DNA of 64,000 nt from Planctomycetaceae bacterium (GTDB lineage Bacteria > Planctomycetota > Planctomycetia > Planctomycetales > Planctomycetaceae). Below are positions 28,359-37,497 of the stretch, piece by piece. The stretch is taken from NCBI GenBank assembly GCA_046074645.1, contig JBJTOP010000227.1, forward strand, positions 40,590 to 104,589, in the 5' to 3' direction. Both the position numbers and the translations under genes were made by a program. The notes beneath the pieces are model-generated. The model did no database searches and was not told the origin of the DNA. It saw only the letters and a list, made by a program, of their open reading frames with translations. Every line of letters starts with the position of its first letter. The stretch's first letter is position 1.

Positions 28359-29654
28359 ATGAAACCCGTTTTGTCCGCAGCAATCGTGATCATGACGTCA
28401 GCGGCGTTCGTGTGTGCGGGTTCCTGTTGCCGCGGCCAGGATGACTTCGAAGCTGCTCCGATTCTCTACAGCCAGACTGCCCCTGCCAATCGCATTACAC
28501 AGCTGCAGCAGTCACTTCAGGAAGGTCAAGTCAGCCTGCAGCATGAAGCGGGCACGGGTTATCTCAGGTCGCTTTTGACGGCCCTGCAGATCCCACCCGA
28601 GTCGCAGTGCCTGGTATTTTCCAAAACCAGTCTGCAGCTGCGGCGAATTTCTCCCGCGACACCTCGAGCGATCTACTTTTCTGACGATCTGTACGTGGGG
28701 TTTTGTGTCGCTGGCGACGTGCTGGAAATCTCGGCTGCAGATTCACGACTGGGCACGGTCTTTTACACGCTGAGCCAACAGCCACCGGCTTCCGGACCGC
28801 CCGTGTTTCAGCGTCAGACGGACAATTGTCTGGTCTGTCACAGCTCTTCGCGCACGGAAGGCATTCCCGGGCATCTGGTGCGGTCGCTGATGGTGGATCC
28901 TTCCGGTCAGCCACTGCTGGCCGCCGGCAGTCGCAATGTGAATCACACGACGCCACTGGCTGACCGCTGGGGAGGCTGGTACGTCACGGGCCTGCACGGG
29001 GCTCAGAAACATCTCGGCAACCTCGTAGTCGAACGCGACGAATCGTTTGATTCCGTGGACAACTCTGCCGGGCTCAACCAGACCGACCTCAGCGGCCGCT
29101 TCCACACAAATTCATATTTGTCCGGCCACAGCGACATTGTGGCCCTGATGGTACTCGAACATCAGGTGCTGGTGCACAACCGCATCGCCCGCGCTGCGTT
29201 TACAACGCGCGAGGCACTGCATTATGAGAAGGCCCTCAACGAGGCCTTGCAGAATGCTCCGGGGACACGCCTGGAAAGCACAACACGACGCATCCAGAGC
29301 GCCGCTGACAAACTCGTCGAAGCGCTGTTGTTCTGTGGCGAAGCTCAGCTTGTGGCCCCCATTCGCGGCACTTCAGGATTCACCCGGCAATTCGCCCTGC
29401 CCGGTCCCCGCGATGCTCAGGGACGCTCACTTCGCGATCTCGACCTGCAAACCCGCATGTTTCGCTACCCCTGCAGTTACCTTGTCCATAGCCAGGCGTT
29501 TCGGGACCTGCCTGAAGAAATGCGGGACGCAGTCAGAGCGCGATTGCAGGCCGTGCTGAGCGGCCAGGACCAGTCGCCGAAATTTGCCCACCTGACTCCC
29601 GATGACCGCCAGGCGATCCGCGAAATCCTTCAGGAAACGGAACCAGCACTGTGA
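28359..29654 (+). CDS. Exported hypothetical protein with a single CxxCH (c-type haem-binding) motif
   Basis: Start at MKPVLSAAIVIMTSAAFVCAG (signal peptide). CLVCHSS motif at about residue 170. No other recognisable domain. Possibly related to planctomycete PSCyt-type proteins. Confidence 0.55.
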   Translation: MKPVLSAAIVIMTSAAFVCAGSCCRGQDDFEAAPILYSQTAPANRITQLQQSLQEGQVSLQHEAGTGYLRSLLTALQIPPESQCLVFSKTSLQLRRISPATPRAIYFSDDLYVGFCVAGDVLEISAADSRLGTVFYTLSQQPPASGPPVFQRQTDNCLVCHSSSRTEGIPGHLVRSLMVDPSGQPLLAAGSRNVNHTTPLADRWGGWYVTGLHGAQKHLGNLVVERDESFDSVDNSAGLNQTDLSGRFHTNSYLSGHSDIVALMVLEHQVLVHNRIARAAFTTREALHYEKALNEALQNAPGTRLESTTRRIQSAADKLVEALLFCGEAQLVAPIRGTSGFTRQFALPGPRDAQGRSLRDLDLQTRMFRYPCSYLVHSQAFRDLPEEMRDAVRARLQAVLSGQDQSPKFAHLTPDDRQAIREILQETEPAL

Positions 29655-29884
29655 AGTTCAGGGCCTTCCATATTCACAGGGACAAGTCAATAAAATCCCA
29701 TCTATTTTGCGCAAATTCTCCATAATAACATCAGTCCGCCTTCTGAATCCGCCCTTCAAACCCTTTCCAGCGAGCTGCATGACTCGTTAATTTCCCCACG
29801 TTTTTTCGGTTCACCGCATGGATTTGAGCGTTCGTCAGAGTGTTGTATACTTGTGACTGGGATCCAGAAGCTCCGCGGTGACTC

Positions 29885-30724
29885 ATGACTCGCCTTCCAG
29901 ATTACATGCCTTCTTCACGTTCCGGCACTCCCCGCATCGGTGCAGTGACCTACCTGAATTCGCGTCCCCTGGTTCAGCACCTTGGGCGACTGCTCCCAGG
30001 CGCGTCGATCAGCCTTGACTACCCCAGCAGACTGGCGGACCAGCTGGCCAGCGGGCTTCTCGATGCTGCTCTGATTCCCTCGGTCGAATATTTTCGTCGT
30101 CCCGGTTACGAAGTGATTTCCGATGCCTGCGTCGCGGCTCGTGGTGAAGTTCTCAGCGTGCGTCTCTATTGTCGCGTGCATCCCGGGGACATTCGCACAC
30201 TGGCTCTTGATGAAGGTTCCCGCACCAGCGCCGCATTGACTCGTGTGATCCTTGCCGAGCACTTTGGCGTGTTTCCCGAATCCACCGCGCTGCCGCTCGA
30301 ACATTCCACCGCTGATACTTCAGCGGATGCAGTTTTGCTGATTGGCGATCGTGCCATGCACGCTCCCCCGGAACACTTTGTCCGAGTGATTGACCTTGGC
30401 CAGTTCTGGAACGACTGGACGGGGCTGCCGTTTGTATTCGCCATGTGGGTCACTCGGCAGGATGCCTTCACGGATGGTCTGGACGAGGCGCTTTCGCAGG
30501 CGCGGGATCTGGGAGTTGACGACATCCCTGCCATCGCCCGCAGTGAAGCGCCCCGGCTGGGGCTTTCTGAGACTACTGCTCGACGCTACCTCGCGAAAAA
30601 TCTGCACTACCACCTGACTTCCGCCGAACGCAGCGGTTTGCGACTGTTTTGCGAACTGGCTGCTCAACATCACTTGGTGAACCCCGATGTCGAACTCCGT
30701 TTCAGAGATCTCGTTACTGCTTGA
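29885..30724 (+). CDS. mqnA: Chorismate dehydratase MqnA (futalosine pathway of menaquinone biosynthesis)
   Basis: N-terminal RIGAVTYLNSRPL matches the MqnA/MqnD (VitK2_biosynth) family signature. 279 aa, periplasmic-binding-protein-like fold. Confidence 0.75.
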   Translation: MTRLPDYMPSSRSGTPRIGAVTYLNSRPLVQHLGRLLPGASISLDYPSRLADQLASGLLDAALIPSVEYFRRPGYEVISDACVAARGEVLSVRLYCRVHPGDIRTLALDEGSRTSAALTRVILAEHFGVFPESTALPLEHSTADTSADAVLLIGDRAMHAPPEHFVRVIDLGQFWNDWTGLPFVFAMWVTRQDAFTDGLDEALSQARDLGVDDIPAIARSEAPRLGLSETTARRYLAKNLHYHLTSAERSGLRLFCELAAQHHLVNPDVELRFRDLVTA

Positions 30725-31826
30725 CAAAGCCGTTGCCGGCGTCCGCCTGACTCCGGCTGAAGGCCTTGTGCTGCTTCAATCCCACGACCTGACTGCAATT
30801 GGTGCTGCCGCTGATGCTGTGACAAGGCGGTTGCATCCCGAACCGTTTCGCACGTACAACATTGACCGCAACATCAATTACACCAACGCGTGCACGGCGG
30901 TCTGTGATTTCTGTGCGTTCTATCGACCGCCCAGTCATCCGGAAGTTTACGTGCTTCCGATGGATGTGCTGTTGAAGAAAATCGAGGAGACGGTGGCGCT
31001 CGGCGGTGACCAGATTCTGCTTCAGGGTGGTCTGCACCCCAAATTGCCGCTCGAATGGTACGAAGATATGCTGAGAACGCTCCGCAGCCACTTCCCCAGG
31101 GTCAACATTCACGGCTTCAGTCCACCGGAAATTCATCATTTCACCAAGATCAGCCACCTGCCACTCCGCACAGTACTTGAACGTCTTCAGGCTGCCGGGC
31201 TGGGCAGCCTCCCGGGTGGTGGCGGAGAAATTCTGGTGGATCGGGTCAGAACCTCGATAACCCGCGGTAAGGTGCTCACGGACGACTGGCTGAACGTCAT
31301 GCGTGTCTGGCATCAGCTCGGAGGTCGCTCATCCGCCACGATGATGTTCGGCCATGTCGAAACGCTCGCTGAGCGCATCGAACACCTTGAGCGGATCCGC
31401 CAGCTGCAGGATGAGACAGGCGGTTTCACCGCCTTTATTTGCTGGACCTTTCAGCCGGATCACACGGAGATGTCCCACATCCCTCCTGCAGGCGCCTTCG
31501 AGTATCTGAAGACTCAGGCTGTAAGCCGTCTTTACCTTGACAACGTTCCCAATATCCAGTCCTCATGGGTGACACAGGGGGAAAAGGTCGGTCAGCTGGC
31601 ACTCCTCTTCGGTGCGAACGACATGGGCAGTCTGATGATTGAAGAAAACGTGGTCTCTCAGGCTGGCACCGTGCATCATCTCACAGTGGACACGATCCGC
31701 CGCTGCATCGAGAATGTCGGCTACATTCCGCGGCAGCGAAATGTGTTTTACGAATACATTGACGGTGGTGTCGCAGCTTCCCGGCCTGCCGCCTCTTCGC
31801 CGCTGCTCTCCGTGCTGCCTACCTGA
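30687..31826 (+). CDS. Radical SAM menaquinone biosynthesis enzyme, MqnC/MqnE family (cyclic dehypoxanthinyl futalosine synthase or aminofutalosine synthase)
   Basis: CxxxCxxC cluster NACTAVCDFCAF. The length and the conserved GGEIL and TFQPDHTE regions are consistent with MqnC/MqnE. The gene overlaps the mqnA end by 38 bp. Confidence 0.75.
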   Translation: MSNSVSEISLLLDKAVAGVRLTPAEGLVLLQSHDLTAIGAAADAVTRRLHPEPFRTYNIDRNINYTNACTAVCDFCAFYRPPSHPEVYVLPMDVLLKKIEETVALGGDQILLQGGLHPKLPLEWYEDMLRTLRSHFPRVNIHGFSPPEIHHFTKISHLPLRTVLERLQAAGLGSLPGGGGEILVDRVRTSITRGKVLTDDWLNVMRVWHQLGGRSSATMMFGHVETLAERIEHLERIRQLQDETGGFTAFICWTFQPDHTEMSHIPPAGAFEYLKTQAVSRLYLDNVPNIQSSWVTQGEKVGQLALLFGANDMGSLMIEENVVSQAGTVHHLTVDTIRRCIENVGYIPRQRNVFYEYIDGGVAASRPAASSPLLSVLPT

Positions 31827-31837
31827 TCGATTCCATT

Positions 31838-32719
31838 ATGCTTCATCAGTTTGACACTGAAACCTCAGTCGCTGCAGCGCACCTTGCGGAACTATCTCTA
31901 CAGGAAGACCTGCAACAAGTCGGTGATCTGACGTCTCGGGCGACCATCCCGGAACATCTGTCGGCGGCTGTTCGGATTGTGGTGCGTCAGCCAGGAGTGA
32001 TCGCGGGGCTGGGCGTTCTTCCACTCGTGTTTCGGCTGTTGCCCGGTCAGGTTCGTTCTGAGGTATTTCTGGCGGATGGCGATTCGGTGTTTTCGGGCAG
32101 TGCAGTGGCAGAGCTGCACGGCCCGGTTCGCACTTTGCTGACAGGCGAACGCACCGTGCTGAATTTCCTGACACACCTCAGCGGGATCGCCACACGCACT
32201 GCAGAATTTGTTCGCGCCGTGCGTGGCACTTCCGCACAGATCCTCGATACCCGCAAAACTCTGCCCGGTTACCGTCTGCTTCAGAAATACGCCGTCCGCT
32301 GCGGCGGAGGTGTCAATCATCGAATCGGTCTCTACGACGGGATGCTTATCAAGGACAACCACCTGGCTGCTCGCGGTTCGAGTTCCTGTGCAGGAGCGGT
32401 CAAGGCTGCTCGCGATTTTCTGCAGGAACATCGCCTGACGGTTCCCGTCGAAATCGAAGTAGACACTCTGGAGCAGCTCGAGGACGCGCTCACCGAACGC
32501 CCCGAACTTGTGCTGCTGGATAACATGTCCTGTCCCCAGCTTTGCGAGGCGGTCCAGTTGCGAAATCGCCTTGCCCCCGCAACAGGGCTGGAGGCGTCCG
32601 GAGGAGTGACGCTGCAGACTGTGCGAGCGATTGCGGAAACGGGTGTTGACCGGATCAGCGTTGGCAGTCTGACACATTCGTCACCGGCGCTCGACATCGC
32701 GTTCGACTGGCCGTGGTAG
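31838..32719 (+). CDS. nadC: Nicotinate-nucleotide pyrophosphorylase [carboxylating] (quinolinate phosphoribosyltransferase)
   Basis: TRKTLPGYRLLQKYAVRCGGGVNHRIGLYDGMLIKDNH matches the conserved NadC core. Confidence 0.85.
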   Translation: MLHQFDTETSVAAAHLAELSLQEDLQQVGDLTSRATIPEHLSAAVRIVVRQPGVIAGLGVLPLVFRLLPGQVRSEVFLADGDSVFSGSAVAELHGPVRTLLTGERTVLNFLTHLSGIATRTAEFVRAVRGTSAQILDTRKTLPGYRLLQKYAVRCGGGVNHRIGLYDGMLIKDNHLAARGSSSCAGAVKAARDFLQEHRLTVPVEIEVDTLEQLEDALTERPELVLLDNMSCPQLCEAVQLRNRLAPATGLEASGGVTLQTVRAIAETGVDRISVGSLTHSSPALDIAFDWPW

Positions 32720-32954
32720 TCTGATCTGCCCGGTGCGTGGGCCGCTGCATGACGGGCAGGATGAGTGTATCAGCGAAAACAGTCAGATTCTCGAAAGACT
32801 ACCATCTTTCGAAAAACCGCCTGAACCTTTACCCCGGCTCGCTGTCTTTTCTTCGCCAACACACGCTGCCATTTCTGTCCAGCGACATTCCCGGCACCTG
32901 AGTAAGGTTTGTCGGCGACTGTTTCGAACATGGATTCCAACGGAGATGCAGATG

Positions 32955-33045
32955 TGCCGGTTAGCTCAATGGAAGAGCCCCAGTTTACCACTGGTTGTTG
33001 CGGGTTCGAATCCCGCACCACTCGCCGGTCACGCACCGGCACCCA
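32955..33045 (+). ncRNA. tRNA-like element with canonical D-arm and T-arm but non-canonical anticodon arm and an 18-nt insertion before the 3' acceptor strand (pseudo-tRNA or unusual tRNA)
   Basis: 5' acceptor tgccggt, then U8A9. D-arm gctc-aatggaa-gagc (A14, G18G19, A21 present). T-arm gcggg-ttcgaat-cccgc (canonical T54-psi-C-G-A-A-U, G53:C61). The perfect 7-bp complement accggca lies only at 33035-33041 and is followed by C + CCA. The 18 nt accactcgccggtcacgc intervene. The anticodon region cccagtttaccactggttgtt is 1-2 nt short; the best loop is tttacca (anticodon UAC, C37). Confidence 0.35.
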
Positions 33046-33337
33046 AATTAAACTCACCCGGGGGGCGGACGCTTGTGAAATCAGTCCACGCGGCACTGGA
33101 TTGCCGTGTGGACAGCTTGTTGAAATTGCCCTGCAGTTCTGTGCCCCGCCGCGGGCCTCTTCAGGCGTGGACAAGACACGAAAGACTCGGACCGTCGCGG
33201 AGAAATCCCCGCACTGTCAACAGTGGCTCGTGACTGTTGCTGCCTGGCACACCCCGGCTGTCACATGACTCCGCAGTTTCCCTGTGACAGGCAGGCGTTC
33301 CGTCTTCCATGAGTTGTTTTGACAGAGGAGGTATCAG

Positions 33338-34444
33338 ATGTTTGTTTTTCGTCGTTTTCGAATTCGTACATGGGAAATGGGACTGCTGTTCCGTGACGGC
33401 GAGTTCCAGAGATTGCTGCCCGCAGGAACGCACTGGCACTTCGACCCACTGCATCGACTGCAGGTGGATATCGTCAGCCAGCGCGAGCCATGTCTGACGC
33501 ATGAGAAGCTGGATTTGATCATCCGCTCCGGAGCTCTTGCCGGCCACGCGGCGGTTCTGGATCTGCAGGACACTCAGCGAGCACTCGTGTGGATCGACAA
33601 TCGTTTCAGTCACATGCTTCCGCCTGGCCAGTATGCGTACTGGACCGGCGTGCGTCAGGTGCGAGTCGAGGTCGTGGACGCTGGATCGGTGCGTTTCGAA
33701 CATCAGCACCTGCGGTCGATCATTCGGTCACCGCTTGCGGCACGGCTGCTGGAGATCTGCACGGTGCAGCGTGATCGAGTTGGTGTGCTGTTCATCGACG
33801 GTCGCTGCACCGATTTGCTGCAGCCAGGGGAGTATGCGTTCTGGAAGGGAGCCGGTGAGGTAAAGGTGGTGGAGGTGGATCTCCGCGAGTCGATCCTCGA
33901 TGTGGCAGGTCAGGACATTATGACGGCCGATAAGGTCACTCTGCGAATCAACGCAGTGGTGACGTGGAAGGTCATTGATGCCCGCAGAATGCTCAGCCAG
34001 ACCGACGATGCTCGCCAGTCGCTCTACCGCGACACTCAGCTGGTGCTTCGCGGCGTTGTCAGCTCACGAGAACTGGACGGCTTCCTTGCGGACAGGGACG
34101 GAATCTCGAAGGAGCTGATGGAAGGCGTTCGGGGACGCGCTGCTGCTCTGGGAGTGGAAGTGACTGCGGTGGGGATCCGCGACGTGATACTGCCGGGCGA
34201 TATGAAGGAGCTGATGAACAAGGTGACGGAGGCCCGCAAGGCTGCTGAAGCCAACCTCATCGCGCGGCGGGAGGAAACTGCGGCCATCCGCAGTCAGGCC
34301 AACACAGCGAAGCTGCTTGCCGACAGCCCTGCACTGATGCGTCTTCGTGAACTTGAAACGCTGGAAAAGATCGCTGCCACCGGAAAGCTCAATGTCGTTC
34401 TTGGCGACAAGGGGCTCATTGAACGAGTTACAACGATGCTGTAA
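33338..34444 (+). CDS. SPFH/band-7 (stomatin/HflC-like slipin) family protein
   Basis: The C-terminal half (ITADKVTLRINAVVTWKVID...LVLRGVVSSREL...EARKAAEANLIARREETAAIRSQA) matches the band-7 core plus coiled-coil tail. The N-terminal approximately 150 aa contain duplicated beta-rich segments. Confidence 0.75.
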   Translation: MFVFRRFRIRTWEMGLLFRDGEFQRLLPAGTHWHFDPLHRLQVDIVSQREPCLTHEKLDLIIRSGALAGHAAVLDLQDTQRALVWIDNRFSHMLPPGQYAYWTGVRQVRVEVVDAGSVRFEHQHLRSIIRSPLAARLLEICTVQRDRVGVLFIDGRCTDLLQPGEYAFWKGAGEVKVVEVDLRESILDVAGQDIMTADKVTLRINAVVTWKVIDARRMLSQTDDARQSLYRDTQLVLRGVVSSRELDGFLADRDGISKELMEGVRGRAAALGVEVTAVGIRDVILPGDMKELMNKVTEARKAAEANLIARREETAAIRSQANTAKLLADSPALMRLRELETLEKIAATGKLNVVLGDKGLIERVTTML

Positions 34445-34455
34445 GCACTTCAGAA

Positions 34456-34493
34456 GCCCGCCTTCGAGCAATCGGAGGCGGGCGTTTTTTTTT
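34456..34493 (+). terminator. Rho-independent terminator after the SPFH gene
   Basis: gcccgcct...aggcgggc stem followed by g + T9 (34485-34493). Confidence 0.6.
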
Positions 34494-34513
34494 GACGCTC
34501 CGGCAAGTGCCTG

Positions 34514-35947
34514 TTATTTGATGACCTCTTCAAGCTGTGTTGGAGCGGCAATCAGGGTTCGTTGATGCTCCGCCACGGCACTGCGGATCTGTTCGAGCAC
34601 CGCGGGGTGCTGAGCCGCCATGTTCCATTTCTCCCCCGGATCCACTCGCAGTTCAAACAGCAGCGGCGGGTCATGAGCATCAGGTTTGGGAGCGCCGTAG
34701 CCGGGACGCGTCAGGAAGTGCGCTTTCCATGGACCAAGTCGGCAGGCGTAGAGTGTGCTCCCGCGATAATACATGAACGCACCGCGATCAACTTTCCCGG
34801 TACCAAACATCAGAGGCGTGATATCCGTGCCGTCCAGTTGTGTTTCAGGAATCGCTGTTCCGGTGATGGCTGCAATGGTGGGCAACAAGTCCATGGTCAG
34901 CCCCATTTCGTGCTGCACGCGTCCGGTGGGAATTTTTCCCGGCCACCACATGAGTCCTGGCACACGCATGCCGCCCTCCCACGTGGAACCTTTGCCGTCC
35001 CTGAGCATTCCTGCGGAACCGCCATGGGAATCAAAGATCAGCCACGGACCGTTATCACTGCTGAAGACCACCAGCGTCTGCTCGGCAAGCCCTTCATCTC
35101 GGAGCGTCTGCAGGATCTGCCCGACACTCCAGTCCAGTTCCTCGACAACATCCCCATAAATGCCGGCTGGACTTCTGCCACGAAACTGCTCGGAGGCAAA
35201 CAGCGGCACATGCGGAAAGTTGTGGGCCATGTAAAGAAAAAAGGGCTTTGATTTGCTGGATTTGATGAAGGAGGTTGCTTCATCGGTGTAACGTTTCGTC
35301 AGTTGCCTCTGGTCCGGCCGCTCCTCGACGATTTCGTTCCCCCGGATCAGCTGCGTCTGCCAGAACTCCGTCTGCTCCGCAAAAAACTTCGCACGATCCT
35401 TCGGTGCATCCGGAGCCGGACGCATGTCGTTGGAATACGGCATGCCGAAATAGCTGTCAAATCCATGCTGGAGTGGCAGATGTTCGGGCAAATGCCCCAG
35501 ATGCCACTTGCCGACGATTGCTGTGGCGTAGCCAGCCGTTTTCAGCATCTCAGCGATGGTGACTTCATTCGCCGGCAGGCCACCTTTAGAGTTATTGCGG
35601 AGCACGCGAAACTGGTCATGACACATCCCACTGCGAATCGGGTATCGCCCTGTCAGCAGTGCAGTGCGGCTTGGCGTACACACTTCGGCCGCGGAATAAA
35701 ATTCCGTAAACCGCATGCCCTCTGCGGCCATCCGATCCAAATACGGCGTTCGAATCGAAGGATGCCCGTAACATCCCAGATCACCGTAACCCAGATCATC
35801 AGCATAGATTATCACCACATTCGGCCGCTCTGCTGCCGGCAGCGAGCTGACGCATGCGGCGATCAGTGCACAGGTCAGCAGAACCGAGATTCCAGAGCTG
35901 AATGTCCGGGAGAGCATGTGAGCCGCTTTCGTAAATGGAGATTTCAT
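34514..35947 (-). CDS. Arylsulfatase A-family sulfatase
   Basis: Sulfatase signature CTPSRTALLTGRYPIRSGM (C/S-x-P-x-R, fGly site) and N-terminal DDLGYGDLGCYGH, plus a signal peptide. The start is either MKSPF (35947) or MLSRTF (35917). Confidence 0.85.
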   Translation of the reverse strand: MKSPFTKAAHMLSRTFSSGISVLLTCALIAACVSSLPAAERPNVVIIYADDLGYGDLGCYGHPSIRTPYLDRMAAEGMRFTEFYSAAEVCTPSRTALLTGRYPIRSGMCHDQFRVLRNNSKGGLPANEVTIAEMLKTAGYATAIVGKWHLGHLPEHLPLQHGFDSYFGMPYSNDMRPAPDAPKDRAKFFAEQTEFWQTQLIRGNEIVEERPDQRQLTKRYTDEATSFIKSSKSKPFFLYMAHNFPHVPLFASEQFRGRSPAGIYGDVVEELDWSVGQILQTLRDEGLAEQTLVVFSSDNGPWLIFDSHGGSAGMLRDGKGSTWEGGMRVPGLMWWPGKIPTGRVQHEMGLTMDLLPTIAAITGTAIPETQLDGTDITPLMFGTGKVDRGAFMYYRGSTLYACRLGPWKAHFLTRPGYGAPKPDAHDPPLLFELRVDPGEKWNMAAQHPAVLEQIRSAVAEHQRTLIAAPTQLEEVIK

Positions 35948-36057
35948 GGCAGTGCCAGGTTGGCATACTGGATTTCAGATGGCCTTCCGTCAAGGCTGCT
36001 GGCGCTGCATCAGCCGGAATGGGGCACATCTCGCCCGTCCGCTCGTCACTTCAGGCG

Positions 36058-36195
36058 AATGGGCGGCAGCTCAATGGCAGTCACTTTGTCGCCTTTCGCT
36101 CTGCGAAAGGACTTCCAGCGCCGTTCTTTCGCGGAGCGAAAGACGACTATCGCAGCCCCCCGACGGCGAAAGTGACTGCCAATGGGCGGCAGCTC
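36058..36195. repeat. Compound repeat in a divergent intergenic region: 15-bp direct repeat aatgggcggcagctc (36058-36072 and 36181-36195) flanking an imperfect inverted repeat (cagtcactttgtcgcc / ggcgaaagtgactg) and two internal palindromic hairpins (cctttcgctctgcgaaagg; tctttcgcggagcgaaaga)
   Basis: Seen directly in the sequence between the sulfatase start (35947, minus strand) and the isochorismatase-like gene (36400, plus strand). Confidence 0.5.
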
Positions 36196-36399
36196 GCGGG
36201 CCGAGGTCACTGACAACGTGTCGACGCGTTTAACTCAACGCACTGTGACACCGGCTTGCCTGCTGCAGTCTGTTTGTCGATACTTCACGAGGAACAGAAG
36301 ATATCTCAAAGCTCGCCCTTGAATGCTCGCATCGACCGTCAGGCAGCCCATGCCCAGCGAAAGAGCAGAGTGTCCCTTTTTTTGACGAGGGGTTCCACG

Positions 36400-37494
36400 A
36401 TGCAGTCTCTCCGTTTCTTCGGCATCCCAGCCATCGCAAGGCTGCTGATCCTTGCTGCACTTTTCGCCTCATGCAGCACCTCCACCGGTCAGGATCCCCC
36501 TGGCCGGCCACCGCGGCTCTACGACAACCGACTGCAGCGAATCGCTCATCCCAAACCACTGCTCGCAGATTTCCCCGAGTTCTTCGAGCCGATTATTGAA
36601 CAGGCTCACTTCGAAGCGCCGGCGATCGTCACAGACGAAGGCGCGGATCTGCATGTCCGAGCCTGGCGGTTCTCCTATAACGCTCGCGGCATCATAGAGA
36701 TGCCCAATCACCTGGCCGCCAGTGACACCGCCGTCATTATGGTGCATCCGTGGGCAATCGATGACAGCTGGGGGTGGAAATCGCCGCAGCCAGCCGGTGT
36801 TGCTGACTTCTGCACCCCCGAAAAAAATGCACTCGCAGCTCGGCACACAAAACAGGTGATCGATCCCCTTCTGAAACGCCTGAGGGACAGAGTAGCGTTT
36901 GTGATGTACAGTCTGCCCGGATCCGCCGATCCCATTCGTACACAGGTCTATCGGTCCTTCAAAAAAACGCCTGCGGCAGAAGAACGAGCAGCTGGCGAAA
37001 AGCAACTGCGAAAGGTGCTTTCCGATTTCGATTACAGTGGCCAGCCTCTGCCGGCCACGTTCACTCTCAATATGCAGCTGCCAGTCTCCGACTACTTCCG
37101 CCAGTTCCCCGGGCTCGATGCCGGTGCCCGATTCAACGGTGAAGGCTTCTGGAAGCTGCCGATTCCCGTCAGCGATTCGGTTTCCGTGCAGCCAAACGAT
37201 GTGGTGATCTTTGATGACGAAGGCTATCCGCCACTGCGTGACTTCCTGCGACAGCATGGTGTCAGACATGTGCTGCTGACGGGTTATGCCACGGATATGT
37301 GCTACTGCCGCACCACCGCTGGCTATGAAAACCTTTCGAAGGACTTCAATGTGTTCCTTGTCGCTGATGCCTCGCTGGCCACGTTTCCCGCAAATACCTC
37401 ACCGCGTTTCGCGGTGAATGCTTCGATTTCCTACGCGGCACTCAACCAACTGATTACTCAGGTTTCATGGGTACAGACTGACAGGGCCAAATAA
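36400..37494 (+). CDS. Secreted isochorismatase-like (cysteine hydrolase) family protein
   Basis: Start at MQSLRFFGIPAIARLLILAALFASCS (signal/lipoprotein-like). C-terminal VRHVLLTGYATDMCYCRTTAGY...NVFLVADASLATF resembles the isochorismatase-family catalytic Cys region. Confidence 0.55.
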   Translation: MQSLRFFGIPAIARLLILAALFASCSTSTGQDPPGRPPRLYDNRLQRIAHPKPLLADFPEFFEPIIEQAHFEAPAIVTDEGADLHVRAWRFSYNARGIIEMPNHLAASDTAVIMVHPWAIDDSWGWKSPQPAGVADFCTPEKNALAARHTKQVIDPLLKRLRDRVAFVMYSLPGSADPIRTQVYRSFKKTPAAEERAAGEKQLRKVLSDFDYSGQPLPATFTLNMQLPVSDYFRQFPGLDAGARFNGEGFWKLPIPVSDSVSVQPNDVVIFDDEGYPPLRDFLRQHGVRHVLLTGYATDMCYCRTTAGYENLSKDFNVFLVADASLATFPANTSPRFAVNASISYAALNQLITQVSWVQTDRAK

Positions 37495-37497
37495 GCA

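Noticed and set aside
32955-33016. Calling a bona fide tRNA-Val(UAC) gene
   Set aside because: The D- and T-arms are canonical, but the 3' acceptor strand directly after the T-stem (accactc) does not pair with the 5' strand, the true complement sits 18 nt downstream, and the anticodon arm is short with C37. So it is reported as a tRNA-like element or pseudogene, not a functional tRNA.
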